A stretch of 64,000 nucleotides of DNA from Promethearchaeota archaeon (lineage in GTDB: Archaea > Asgardarchaeota > Lokiarchaeia > Sigyniarchaeales > SOKP01). Under the pieces are notes generated by a model. It was not told the origin of the DNA. It worked only from the letters and a program-made list of their open reading frames with translations, and made no database searches. Positions within the stretch are counted from its first letter, which is position 1; every line of letters starts with the position of its first letter. Where the stretch lies: NCBI GenBank assembly GCA_048941285.1, contig JBHLNS010000004.1, positions 82,431 to 146,430 on the forward strand, in the 5' to 3' direction. Shown here piece by piece: positions 50,144-60,838 of this stretch. Made by a program: the position numbers and the translations under genes.

Positions 50144-50545
50144 ATCAAACAATTTTAGTAAAACTAAAACATGTTTTATTCCCCTAATTTTTATTTTTCC
50201 TGATAATATTTTTCTAATCACTTTCCCCATTGTTACTTTTTCACTGCCGAGGAGTTCCATAAACATCGGAGTTGTTGTCTGTAATAATCCTTGCCATCCC
50301 GCATTCTTTTTTTTAATATTTTCCTTTGGTTCATTCTTTATGCCTTCTACATAGATTTTACCCTTATTCATTATCAACATCGCAGCCCATTTTCCATCTT
50401 TTGCATTTAAAAGAACTTTTTCTTCAGTATCTTTAAAAATATGTTTAAATTTTTCATTATCATTTAATGGTTCGACTTGTTTAGATACAATTCCTGCGAA
50501 ACCCCGTAATCGGTCTTTTTTTTCTTCAGTCATATTAATCTCCAT
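50138..50545 (-). CDS. SCP2 sterol/lipid-binding-like protein
   Basis: C-terminal F.ELL.......K.ILSGKIKIRG, typical of the SCP2 fold. Confidence 0.7.
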   Translation of the reverse strand: MEINMTEEKKDRLRGFAGIVSKQVEPLNDNEKFKHIFKDTEEKVLLNAKDGKWAAMLIMNKGKIYVEGIKNEPKENIKKKNAGWQGLLQTTTPMFMELLGSEKVTMGKVIRKILSGKIKIRGIKHVLVLLKLFDL

Positions 50546-50704
50546 TTTAAGTATTACTTTTTTGCTTTTTTGAAATTATTTTTCTAATTATAATTACTCT
50601 TAATACAATTTAAAAGTATAATTTATCAAAGTATAAAAAATTATTAATCAGGTAAAAACAAGGAAGAATAAGTGATCTAAACCTATTTATTTAAAGAAGC
50701 TTTC

Positions 50705-50968
50705 CTAATAGCCATCTCCTTCAGAAATTTCAAAGAGGTCTTCATATGCTTTACGATCTTCTCCAGAAATCCTCTCTCCCCTATAACCATCCTTTACTAC
50801 GATAGGAGCGCTTTCTTTCTCATCATGTCTGATCGTTTTAATTATTTTATAATCCTCTGTTTTTGATTTATCCAGGTCGAATTCCTGATCACATGCTTTA
50901 CAGTAAAGCTTCCCATCTTTAGGAACAAGCATGTTCCCGCATTCATCACAGAACCGTATTGCACTCAA
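50705..50968 (-). CDS. TFS/RPB9-like protein with the N-terminal Zn ribbon only
   Basis: FCDECGNML.P....L.CKAC; no C-terminal CxxC...DE...CxxC ribbon. Confidence 0.8.
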   Translation of the reverse strand: MSAIRFCDECGNMLVPKDGKLYCKACDQEFDLDKSKTEDYKIIKTIRHDEKESAPIVVKDGYRGERISGEDRKAYEDLFEISEGDGY

Positions 50969-51395
50969 CTCAGATTTTTTCTTTTAAATATTTAAACTTA
51001 TCGGTATATTAGGTTATTTTTAGCGTATTTTTTAGTTATCAGAAATATTAAAAAAGTATAACCTTTATAAATTTAACTTTTTATTTGTATTATCTGTTCG
51101 CATTTCACATATATAAAACTGTTGTTCAAATTATTAATTCAATATTAAAAAATATATAGAAATCAAAATCGAATTAAGGTGTACAAACCGCGATTTAATG
51201 AGAAATTATAATCCAGATTTGATAAAAAGACCATTTAATTAAATAAATATAAGATAAATTGAAATTAATTTGATTTATCTTATAGACTTTAAAAACTAAA
51301 ATAATTAAATTCTCTTTTTTTAATATAAAGAACACTTAAAAAATCACTAAAATATTATAAAACTATATTATATCATAATAAAAAAGGGAAAAATC

Positions 51396-52124
51396 GTGAA
51401 TAATAAAGATATGAATGAGGATGTTTTAATTATCGCACATAGAGGAGCGAGTAATCTTGCTCCTCCAAATACGTTAAAAGCTTTTCAAAAGGCAATAGAA
51501 TTAAGAGCAGATTATATCGAATTTGACGTCCACCAATCTAAGGATGGTGAAATTGTAATTATTCATGATGCTTATATTACAGACATAAATGGACAAGAAA
51601 ACTATATCAAAGAAATGGAATTAAATGAATTAAAGTTGATTAATATAGGAGAAGGCGAAAATATTCCAACGTTAAAAGAGTTAATTAAGATAGCTAAAGG
51701 AAATATTGGTTTACAATGTGAAATAAAAGCGACCAATTTCAGTGAAAATCTTGTAAAAATTCTAGAACAAGAAAATCTCATTAAAAATTCAATAATTAGT
51801 TCTTTCATATTTAAAGAATTATTGGAACTACAGAAACTAAATTCAAACTTAAAACTAGCATTGCTTATCCCACCTGAGATGGATTCTTCTCATAAACTAA
51901 TGAAGTACTCTCAAAAAGCTATTGATTCTAATTTTTATGCAATTCATCCATACTTCGGGTTGATTGATAGAGAATTTGTTAAATCGATTCATCAAAATGA
52001 TATGTTAGTCAATGTATGGACTGTAAATGAAGAATCGGAAATAAAAGAAGTATTAGAAATAGGAGTAGATGGTATTATATCAGATGATATTCAGCTAGTT
52101 AAACGAATATTGAATAGGAGCTAG
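51396..52124 (+). CDS. Glycerophosphodiester phosphodiesterase
   Basis: AHRGAS, EFDV, HD, EIK, WTVN and GVDGIISD motifs. Confidence 0.93.
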   Translation: MNNKDMNEDVLIIAHRGASNLAPPNTLKAFQKAIELRADYIEFDVHQSKDGEIVIIHDAYITDINGQENYIKEMELNELKLINIGEGENIPTLKELIKIAKGNIGLQCEIKATNFSENLVKILEQENLIKNSIISSFIFKELLELQKLNSNLKLALLIPPEMDSSHKLMKYSQKAIDSNFYAIHPYFGLIDREFVKSIHQNDMLVNVWTVNEESEIKEVLEIGVDGIISDDIQLVKRILNRS

Positions 52125-52212
52125 ATTTTACTTTTCTATTTCTTAATAAAATATTTTAGTTGAGTTTTATTTCTTTACCTAACAAAAACATCTCTTTTTA
52201 ACATATTTTGTT

Positions 52213-53697
52213 ATGTCGACAATTAAACAATCTCAGAAAAATGATTATAGCAAATTATTTTTTCCCAGGTCAATTGGAATAATTGGTGTAAGTAGTGATC
52301 CTGCAGGTGGAGGATTTTTTCTTAGATGTATGAAAAATCGATTTAAAGGGCCAATATATTTATTTAATCCCCGGCTAAATGGTAAGATGCTATACGGATA
52401 TCGAATTTATAGTTCTATACTTGAGATTTCAGAACCAATAGATTATGTAATTTTAGCGGTTCCAGCTAAACTATGCCCTAGATTAATGGAAGAAATTGGG
52501 CAACAACGAGTACCTTTTGTAACCGTTTTTGCTTCAGGTTTTCGTGAAGTAGGGCATGAAAATCTAGAAAAACAACTATTAAATATTGCACAAAAGTATA
52601 ATATTAGAATTATTGGTCCGAATTGTATAGGTGTCTATAATCCAAGAGGGGGATTATATTTTGCATATGAACAGTCTAAAAAGGCAGGAAATTTTAGTGG
52701 AGTTTTTCAATCTGGTGGGATTGCTCAAAACTTATCTCAATTAGCTGTTTCTTATGGGCTTCATATTTCAAAATTTATATCGGTTGGGAATTCATTAGAT
52801 TTATCTCCTGCGGAATTTTTAGAATACTTTCATAATGATGAACATACAAAAATTATTGGTTTATATATTGAAAATTTAAGATCTATTTCTCAGGGGAGGA
52901 AATTTCTTGAAAAGGCACTAAAATGTAATTTAAATAGAAAACCAGTGATCTTGTGGAGATCAGGATATGGTGAAGCAACTAAAAAAGCTATTTTATCTCA
53001 TACTGGGGGTCTTGCTGGAAATAACGAAATTTGGAAAGCAGTAGGTATACAAACGGGTAGTTGCATGGTCAATAACTCAAATGAACTTGCTGCTTTAGCT
53101 TCAGCTTTTAACTTGACACATTTGCCTGAAACACGAAATATAGGAGTAATAGGAATTGGTGGAGGCTCTACTATAGAAGCTATAGACCTCCTTGAGAAAT
53201 ATAATTTAAAAATACCTAATTTAACAGTGAAGACTATTAATAAAATGAAAAGATTTCTGCCAGATGTAAATACAAATGTTACTAACCCGCTTGATCTTGG
53301 TGGAGCGGGAATACAACCTAATATCTATTACCGTACTATTCTAGCTTTAGATAAAGACCCAAATATCTCTGCAATTGTCTTTATCAAAGACCCTGAAAGA
53401 TTTGGGGGCTTTCAAGAGATATTAGAAGAAATGGGGTATAAAGACATGGATTTGAACAAAGAGTTCATCAGATATATTTCAAAAGCAAAAAGAGTTTGTA
53501 CAAAGCCAATGTATTGTGTTATGTTAAAAATCAATGAAGGTTTTGAAGAATATAAAAGCCGATATAAATTTAAACTGAAACTATTGAATCGTAATGTCCC
53601 TGTATTTGAAAGTTTAGAATTAACGGGAACTGTTTTAGATAAAATTAATTCATATAGAGAATTCTTACAAAAACATGGAAAATACCCAAAGAGATGA
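52213..53697 (+). CDS. ADP-forming acyl-CoA synthetase alpha-like subunit (CoA-binding)
   Basis: PRSI.IIG.S, GPNCIG, QSGG, S.GN, SHTG (phospho-His) and NPLDL motifs. Confidence 0.9.
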   Translation: MSTIKQSQKNDYSKLFFPRSIGIIGVSSDPAGGGFFLRCMKNRFKGPIYLFNPRLNGKMLYGYRIYSSILEISEPIDYVILAVPAKLCPRLMEEIGQQRVPFVTVFASGFREVGHENLEKQLLNIAQKYNIRIIGPNCIGVYNPRGGLYFAYEQSKKAGNFSGVFQSGGIAQNLSQLAVSYGLHISKFISVGNSLDLSPAEFLEYFHNDEHTKIIGLYIENLRSISQGRKFLEKALKCNLNRKPVILWRSGYGEATKKAILSHTGGLAGNNEIWKAVGIQTGSCMVNNSNELAALASAFNLTHLPETRNIGVIGIGGGSTIEAIDLLEKYNLKIPNLTVKTINKMKRFLPDVNTNVTNPLDLGGAGIQPNIYYRTILALDKDPNISAIVFIKDPERFGGFQEILEEMGYKDMDLNKEFIRYISKAKRVCTKPMYCVMLKINEGFEEYKSRYKFKLKLLNRNVPVFESLELTGTVLDKINSYREFLQKHGKYPKR

Positions 53698-53701
53698 ATT
53701 A

Positions 53702-55459
53702 TTAATTATTGTCTTTCGTGGTCTTCCAAATCGGATCGTTAATTTGTAAAACTCTTCTTTGTACTTTGCCCACCATACTTTTAGGGATTTCTTCAATTAT
53801 TTGGACATATTTTGGACATTTATAATGAGTTATGTTTTCTTTACACCAACGAATCAAATCTTCAGATGTGACATGTCCTTTGGACTCATCTTTTAATTGA
53901 ATCCATGCTTTTACCATTTCACCAGTTTCTGGATCTGGCAGACCAGCAACAGCGACTTCTAGAACATCAGGATGTCCTCCTATTAGTTCCTCAACTTCTT
54001 TTGGAAAGACTGAATATCCTTTGTACTTTATCATCTGTTTTTTTCTATCACGAATAATAATTTGACCTTTTTCATCCATATAACCAATGTCTCCCGTTAA
54101 GCACCAAATTCGGTTATCCCACTCCCGAAGGGTTTCAGCTGTAGCTTTAGGGTTATTTAAATATCCTTTCATAACTTGGGGGCCACAAACACATATTTCA
54201 CCTGTATTTTCGATTCCATATCCTATAAGAGGGCCTTTCTTAAAATCTTCTGCATCAAAAATAGCCCAATCGACACCAGGGTAGGGTAATCCAATTGTTC
54301 CAGGGGTATCAGTACCATCAAAAGGCCCAGCACTCACAGCAGTTGTACATTCTGTTAGCCCATATGCTTCAACAAGTCTCCCTCCAGTAATCTTTTCAAA
54401 AGCATCTTTAACTGGCTTATGAAGAGGTCCAGCACCATTAACACATAAACGAAACATATTTTTAAGTTTAGGATTAGGATTGGTCTTTAAATAACGAGTT
54501 AAGCCTATAAAAAGGTTTTCTACTCCCGGTAAAATTACTCCCTTTTCAGGCCCTACTTCTAATATAGTATCTACAACATCTTTTAAAGATTCGGGTGGTC
54601 TAGGAAAAAGAATATTATAATCTCCTCCCTCAATAACAACATTTTGAACAATCGTCATACCAAAAGCATGAAACATAGGTAAGATTCCAATACATGCCAT
54701 TGGGTGCTGAGCATCTGGCATCCACATCACATTTTGTTTTGCATTAGTAATACAATTAAAATGTGTTATAATTGCGGGTTTAGGAACACCTGTAGTTCCT
54801 CCTGTCATTAAGTAAACAGCAGTATCATTGATAGGGTCAATTTCAACCTCGGGTATATCAACCTCACCTTTTTTTTGACATACATCAAGAAAATTTATAG
54901 CGCCTGGTACATCTCCCGTAGGGATTGTTCCATCGGCAATTAGTTGTTCTTTAATAGCAGGAGGAATAGCTGCTAGATCTACTATACAAGTAGATATAAT
55001 AAAATCAAATTTATATTGATCTTGAATTGGTTTAATTAATCCATACATGGCGTCCATACAAATTAATGCCTTTGCTTTAACTAGCTTCAGGACGTTTAAA
55101 ATTTCTAATGGTTTATATGTAGGGTTTATAGGAACGACTATTCCACCTAGCTTAACTATAGCAAAATAAGCTATTGAAAATTGAAAACTATTAGGAAGTA
55201 AAATCGCCACAACATCACTTTTTTTTATCCCTTGCCTTGATAAAGAGGTTGCTAGAGAGTCGGTGTATTTTCTAAACATACGATACGTCAAAAAAGTTTT
55301 AGAAAACCATATTGCTTTATTCTTTGCGTTTTCCTCCGTTTTCTGGTCAAACCACTCTCCTAAGCTAATCACTGGAAATTCGGGATTTTTTGGAACTCCT
55401 TCTTGATAATACTGAAACCAAGGCTTTCTATCACTAACCTGCCAGTTTAAATTATTCAT
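53702..55459 (-). CDS. Long-chain fatty-acid--CoA ligase (AMP-forming)
   Basis: TGGTTGVPK, YGLTE, TGDIG, DRKK and GKV motifs. Confidence 0.93.
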   Translation of the reverse strand: MNNLNWQVSDRKPWFQYYQEGVPKNPEFPVISLGEWFDQKTEENAKNKAIWFSKTFLTYRMFRKYTDSLATSLSRQGIKKSDVVAILLPNSFQFSIAYFAIVKLGGIVVPINPTYKPLEILNVLKLVKAKALICMDAMYGLIKPIQDQYKFDFIISTCIVDLAAIPPAIKEQLIADGTIPTGDVPGAINFLDVCQKKGEVDIPEVEIDPINDTAVYLMTGGTTGVPKPAIITHFNCITNAKQNVMWMPDAQHPMACIGILPMFHAFGMTIVQNVVIEGGDYNILFPRPPESLKDVVDTILEVGPEKGVILPGVENLFIGLTRYLKTNPNPKLKNMFRLCVNGAGPLHKPVKDAFEKITGGRLVEAYGLTECTTAVSAGPFDGTDTPGTIGLPYPGVDWAIFDAEDFKKGPLIGYGIENTGEICVCGPQVMKGYLNNPKATAETLREWDNRIWCLTGDIGYMDEKGQIIIRDRKKQMIKYKGYSVFPKEVEELIGGHPDVLEVAVAGLPDPETGEMVKAWIQLKDESKGHVTSEDLIRWCKENITHYKCPKYVQIIEEIPKSMVGKVQRRVLQINDPIWKTTKDNN

Positions 55460-55640
55460 TATCAGATCCCCATATCTTTTTTAAAGTACTAAATCCAATT
55501 TTAAATATTTAATGTTATTAGGATCTAATTCTATTGCTAAATCTATGCATTTAATTCCTTCATCATTTTTATTCTATTTAAATTTTACATTAATGACTAA
55601 AATCGATTTTTACTAGTAAAAAGCACCATTCATATATTTT

Positions 55641-56444
55641 CTATTGATCAACTCTAGTCACTTCAATCGGTCTCCCCGGACTACCTTGATAATAGAGCTT
55701 TCCCGGCTTTCCTCTCCAATTCTTATGTAAAACAGTATTTGGATAGATAACATTATCATTTGTAGTCAAGGCTCCGCAACCCATTATTGTTCCTGGATAG
55801 AATGTATTATTTTCACCTATTTTAATTTCAAGCATTGTAATCTTACCGAATATAGTATTTACCGCATGGCTAGAAAGACCTGTTGTAGGATAAAAGAAAG
55901 TATTGTCTCCAATTTCAGTGAATTCTAAACCTACGTAAGAGTCATTATAAATTACATTTTTCCCAATTTTATTATGACTAATTTTTCTAAGAGTTCGGTT
56001 AATTAACCATGGAAATGGAGACTTTGAAGTTAACCACATTGGATATTTTATTATAAACCCTCTTTTATGGTAATATTTCATCATTTTCCCTTCTTCACTA
56101 TGTACGTCATCAAGTACACGTCTAAATACCCCTTGCTTGGGTGGAGATTTTATATTCCATTTCCTTGCCCATATAGCAGTAAATTCAATTAAAACTATAA
56201 GATATATATAATAAAGGATCAAAAAAACAATGGGTAACATAATTAAATGAATAAGTGGACGTATTGAAAAAAGATTAATAAAGCCATACTCAAATAATAA
56301 GAAAAACCCCAAGCATACATAAAGGGGTACTAAAAAGCTAATAAAATTAATTTTGAAAAAATCTAAAGCGGGAAGTTCTACTGTCTTTTCAAGTTTTTCT
56401 TCAAAACTTGAATTCTTTCCTTTTTTTTGTTTATCAGCTTCCAT
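55641..56444 (-). CDS. Membrane protein with a C-terminal left-handed beta-helix (acyltransferase-like)
   Basis: Two TM helices, then IGKNV, IGDNT and IGENN hexapeptide-like turns and GSPGR. Confidence 0.7.
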   Translation of the reverse strand: MEADKQKKGKNSSFEEKLEKTVELPALDFFKINFISFLVPLYVCLGFFLLFEYGFINLFSIRPLIHLIMLPIVFLILYYIYLIVLIEFTAIWARKWNIKSPPKQGVFRRVLDDVHSEEGKMMKYYHKRGFIIKYPMWLTSKSPFPWLINRTLRKISHNKIGKNVIYNDSYVGLEFTEIGDNTFFYPTTGLSSHAVNTIFGKITMLEIKIGENNTFYPGTIMGCGALTTNDNVIYPNTVLHKNWRGKPGKLYYQGSPGRPIEVTRVDQ

Positions 56445-56606
56445 AATAATATATCTGAATATCGGATATAAAAAATTACTTATAGATCATAACATAATAC
56501 CCAATTTAATTATTTATAGAATAAAATCCAAACTTTTTAAGTTTATAATTAATTTGACTTTTCAATTTAGGAAATATTTCTAATTTCTCTACGGATAAGA
56601 ATACAA

Positions 56607-57818
56607 ATGAGAACAACCATCTTTAAATATCCCAAGTTATCTCCTTTATGGATTGCTGTTTTTATTGATATAATTGGATTTTCTATGATACTCCCTATGG
56701 GACCATTTATAGCAGAAAGTTTTTCCATTCCAATTTTTATAATGGGTATAATTCTTTCTGTAAATGCGATGTTCTCATTTATTTTTGGGCCAATCTTAGG
56801 AAAACTTAGTGATAAATATGGAAGAAGACCATTACTTTTAATCTCACAAGCGGGTACTTTCTTGGGATTTATTTTGCTTGCATTTTCAGGTTCAATATGG
56901 CTGTTAATAGTCTCAAGAGTTATTGATGGGATCTTTGGTGGAAATTTTCCAATTGCTAAAGCAGTAATAGGTGATGTGGTTCCTCCAAAAGACAGAAGTA
57001 TTCAAATGGCAAATATTGGAGTGGCGCATGTATTGGCTTCTCTTATTGGCCCTGGATTAGGAGGAATGTTATTTAGTATTGGTGGATTGTTATTGCCAGG
57101 ATTGTTTGCGGCAGTACTTTCTTTAATCACTATGATTATAACAATTTCAATTTTAAATGAAACTTGGCCTAAGGAAACGCGTGAATTAAACCATCAATTA
57201 AAGAAAGAAATTGTTATTAACATAACAAAAAATAAAGGAGCAATATGGTATTTAATATTATGGGGTTTTCATACAGCATCATTCATGATTGCTATGGCTT
57301 CACTTTCATTTTTTGCACAAATAGTTTTTGGAATAAAAGCATTTGAGATCGGAATATTGTTAATGATATCTGGAATTTTTCGAGCTATTGTCCGATTTAC
57401 TCTATTTAAACCAACGATAATGAAACTTGGAGAAAATAATGCTATAATACTTGGTTTAGGAATGTTTCTCATTTCATTTTTCCTTTTGGGTTTTTCTATA
57501 AATTTGGTAATGTTTTTTATTTTGATAATGATAATTAGCTTTGCTGCATCATTAACTCGCGGGCCATTGAATAGTAAGATAAGTCAATCAGTATCTCCCA
57601 TGGAGCAAGGAAAAATAAATGGTTTTTCTTCAGGTTTAGATAGTTTTGCTCAAATTATCGGGCCTTTACTAGGGACCATTATGCTTGACTTTTTTGCCCC
57701 GTATTTTCTGGGTTTTCTTATAAGTTCTGTAGCTTTAGTCCCATTCTTAATGGGTTTCAAAAAAATTCAATTAAAGCAGTATAATGTACCTGGATTAAAT
57801 CAAAATATGAGTAGCTAA
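56607..57818 (+). CDS. MFS transporter (TetA/DHA1-like)
   Basis: DIIGF, motif A GKLSDKYGRRP, and 12 TM segments. Confidence 0.93.
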   Translation: MRTTIFKYPKLSPLWIAVFIDIIGFSMILPMGPFIAESFSIPIFIMGIILSVNAMFSFIFGPILGKLSDKYGRRPLLLISQAGTFLGFILLAFSGSIWLLIVSRVIDGIFGGNFPIAKAVIGDVVPPKDRSIQMANIGVAHVLASLIGPGLGGMLFSIGGLLLPGLFAAVLSLITMIITISILNETWPKETRELNHQLKKEIVINITKNKGAIWYLILWGFHTASFMIAMASLSFFAQIVFGIKAFEIGILLMISGIFRAIVRFTLFKPTIMKLGENNAIILGLGMFLISFFLLGFSINLVMFFILIMIISFAASLTRGPLNSKISQSVSPMEQGKINGFSSGLDSFAQIIGPLLGTIMLDFFAPYFLGFLISSVALVPFLMGFKKIQLKQYNVPGLNQNMSS

Positions 57819-57831
57819 GATTAGCTAATAT

Positions 57832-58680
57832 TTATTCGTTACTTAAAAAGTCTATAATAAATTTATTTACTTCAAGACTCCGGGTTTTAGGAGATTCATG
57901 ACCTGCTTTTTCAATGATTTTAAGAACACTGTTAGGAATTCTTCTATGCATCTCTTCTGCATTGCTTTTTGAACAGACTCTATCATGTGAAGCAGCTAAT
58001 AATAATGTAGGACTTCTAATTTCATTTAATTTCTCTAAAGTATTAAATCCCTTTAAAGCTTCTATTTGGAGTTCAATATCACGGGGAGTAGGCATAAGTA
58101 TTGTACTCTCTCTTATCTCATCTTCAGCAGACCAGATTCCAAATAATTTTTTCTTAGGATTTGCTTTTAATTCTTTACGATATTTATGATAAAACCAAAT
58201 ATGAGCATTATCCCAAAAAGCTTTTTCTGGGTCTTTCTGAATAAGTTCTAATTGGTCTAACCTATTTTTTTTCAATAACTCTAAACCCACATTATCTGGA
58301 GCTCCACTTACAGTATTTACCAGAATTAACTTGTCGACATATTCCGAGTGTTGTAGAGTAAACTGCTGAGCAATCATACCTCCCATAGACGTTCCTAAAA
58401 CATGCGTTCTTTTAATGTCAAGGTAATCTAGCAACTCTTTTATATCATCAGCAAGATCTTCCATCCTGTAGGGTTCATTAACTCTTTCAGATTTTCCAGC
58501 TCCTCGGTTATCAAAAGCTATCACCTTAAACTTCTTGGATAAATCTGGGATTTGACATTTATAACCCTCTTTTCTTGCACCAAATCCTTGAATTAATATT
58601 ATTGGGTAGCCTTCACCAAATATTTTATAGCAGATTTCTATTCCGTTTACTTTAACAAAAAACTCTACCATGTAAATCAA
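57832..58680 (-). CDS. Alpha/beta hydrolase
   Basis: DNRGAGKS, GTSMGG nucleophile elbow, D and H of the triad. Confidence 0.92.
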   Translation of the reverse strand: MIYMVEFFVKVNGIEICYKIFGEGYPIILIQGFGARKEGYKCQIPDLSKKFKVIAFDNRGAGKSERVNEPYRMEDLADDIKELLDYLDIKRTHVLGTSMGGMIAQQFTLQHSEYVDKLILVNTVSGAPDNVGLELLKKNRLDQLELIQKDPEKAFWDNAHIWFYHKYRKELKANPKKKLFGIWSAEDEIRESTILMPTPRDIELQIEALKGFNTLEKLNEIRSPTLLLAASHDRVCSKSNAEEMHRRIPNSVLKIIEKAGHESPKTRSLEVNKFIIDFLSNE

Positions 58681-58686
58681 TATTTT

Positions 58687-59553
58687 TTATATTTTATTTT
58701 TAGATTTTAAAAATTTTATAATGTGTCGGTTTATTATATGGGGATATTCAAGTATTGATTGATGTGCAGCATTCTCAATTACAATAAATTCACTATTAGG
58801 AAGTAATTCATGAATTTTTTCATTCATCAATTTTGGGCATGATTTATCTTTATCAGCAGCGATAATCAACACTTCATGCTTAATTTCATGCAGTCTCTCA
58901 TACGTATTATGAGATGCTAAAGCTTCAGTTTGATGAATTATATCATTTTCAGTTGGACCATAAAGAGTTTTTTCTTCAACTAAGTCTTCTACAGACCAAA
59001 TATTATAAAATTTCTTTTTAGGATCATCATTCATTTGCTTCCAAAACCCCCGAGAATAACTGTGCTTAGCTCCGGCTAGGAAATTATTCAATGGATCTTT
59101 TTGCCTGGCTTTAATTCCCGCTATTGCATTTCTTTTATATATTTCGACCCCTTGATCAGGCGGAATTCCGGGTGGCGTCATTCCCGCAATTGTATTGATA
59201 AGGACAATTTTATTTATTCTATTGGGATATTTTAAAGCAAAATTTTGAACTATCATCCCCCCTAAACTATGACCAATAATGTGCGTCTTCTTTATTTTAA
59301 GATAATCTAATAAGCTATTGATATCATCAGCTAAAAGTTCCATTGTATAAACAACATCAGGTCTATCTGACTTTCCAGCGCCTCTATTATCAAATCTTAT
59401 TACTTTGAAATGTTCAGATAACTCAATAAATTGGGCACGCCAATGTTCTTTTCTATCACCGAATCCGTGCACTAATAGAACTGGTTCTCCTTCACCTTTA
59501 ACTTCATAACAAATTCTTATACCATTAACATTTTCAGCGAATAAATCACTCAT
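58687..59553 (-). CDS. Alpha/beta hydrolase (tandem paralog)
   Basis: HGFG, DNRGAGKS, GHSLGG, D and H of the triad. Confidence 0.92.
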   Translation of the reverse strand: MSDLFAENVNGIRICYEVKGEGEPVLLVHGFGDRKEHWRAQFIELSEHFKVIRFDNRGAGKSDRPDVVYTMELLADDINSLLDYLKIKKTHIIGHSLGGMIVQNFALKYPNRINKIVLINTIAGMTPPGIPPDQGVEIYKRNAIAGIKARQKDPLNNFLAGAKHSYSRGFWKQMNDDPKKKFYNIWSVEDLVEEKTLYGPTENDIIHQTEALASHNTYERLHEIKHEVLIIAADKDKSCPKLMNEKIHELLPNSEFIVIENAAHQSILEYPHIINRHIIKFLKSKNKI

Positions 59554-59794
59554 TAATCCTTAAAATTTACGGTTAAAAAATAATATTTCTAATTAACTTT
59601 CTAAAAATTCTAAAATTATTTGATTTACTAGCAGGTTTTAATGTTGCTGTCTTACTGGTTGATGGTTTTTTCGCCATTTCTAAACCTATGAAAAATGTTT
59701 TTTGAATTTTTACACTTTTTAAAATATTTTCATAATGCTATTTGAACACAACATCTTAATTGAATTAGTAAAACAAAAAGGTTTTAGAAAAAGA

Positions 59795-60838
59795 TTAAAT
59801 AATACAAATTGGAAATCCGCAATACTTACAATTTCCCTTTGAATCTAAAAATAATTCTTTAACACCTAAAATTTTTCTTTCTATAACTAATTTAGAACAT
59901 TTTGGACAATATGTATTATCATATTCAGTACTAGGTAAATTTCCAAGATATACATACTTTAAACCAGCTTCTTTTGCTATATTATAAGCATTATATAAAA
60001 GTTCTATCGGGGTTGGCTCTAAAAGTTCATACTTGGATGATTGATAGTGAGGAAAGAATCGGCTTATATGAAAAGGTGTTAACGGACCTAATTCATCATT
60101 AATTCTTTTAGCAATTTTTCCTACTATTTCATCCTTAGAATTAAATTCTTGTATCAAAAGAGTTGTAATTTCAACATGAATCCCAAGATCTTTTGCGAGT
60201 TTAGCATTTCGCCATACATATTCCACATTAGCGCCACAATACTTTTGAACCATGTTGAAATCTCCTTTTATGTCTATATTCATTGCGTCTAATCCTGCAT
60301 CTACTAAATCTCTTAAAACTTTCTTTGTCATGTATCCATTGGTTACATAGGTGTTATATAATCCGTTCTCTTTCGCTGAATTAAAAACTTCCAAGGAATA
60401 TTCAAACTCTAAAGTAGGTTCATTAAATGATATTGAAGTTCCCTCGCATTTTTTTTCTAAAGCAATCTCAATTAATCTCTGAGGAGAAATGAATTCTTCT
60501 GAGGAAGTAAATTCAATGGCTTTTGCTGGATTTGTTTTTGATAAATGATAATTTTGACAAAAAAAACAAGAAAAATTGCATCCATAAGTTCCTATTGTTA
60601 AAGCTTTGGTTCCTGGATAAAAGTGATAAAGAGGTTTTTTTTCGATAGGATTAAACGATAATGCGGGAATGAGGCCATAAACAATAGTATAAATCTGACC
60701 GTCTATATTAATTCGAGTTTTACAAAATCCAGTTTTACCATTTCCAATTTCACATCTTCTTTCACATGTTAAACATTGAGAATTATCTTCATCAACTTTC
60801 TTCATGTATTTAGCTTGTTTTATAAATTTTGAATTCAT
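59795..60838 (-). CDS. amrS: AmmeMemoRadiSam system radical SAM enzyme
   Basis: C.TC.R.C, PIEKKPLYHF.PG, CNFSCFFCQN, NEPT, YVYLGN and C-terminal CPKC/CKYC. Confidence 0.92.
   Translation of the reverse strand: MNSKFIKQAKYMKKVDEDNSQCLTCERRCEIGNGKTGFCKTRINIDGQIYTIVYGLIPALSFNPIEKKPLYHFYPGTKALTIGTYGCNFSCFFCQNYHLSKTNPAKAIEFTSSEEFISPQRLIEIALEKKCEGTSISFNEPTLEFEYSLEVFNSAKENGLYNTYVTNGYMTKKVLRDLVDAGLDAMNIDIKGDFNMVQKYCGANVEYVWRNAKLAKDLGIHVEITTLLIQEFNSKDEIVGKIAKRINDELGPLTPFHISRFFPHYQSSKYELLEPTPIELLYNAYNIAKEAGLKYVYLGNLPSTEYDNTYCPKCSKLVIERKILGVKELFLDSKGNCKYCGFPICII

Noticed and set aside
59795-60838. amrS without amrA/amrB as a novel arrangement
   Set aside because: These genes are often dispersed in archaea, so the partners may lie elsewhere in the genome.
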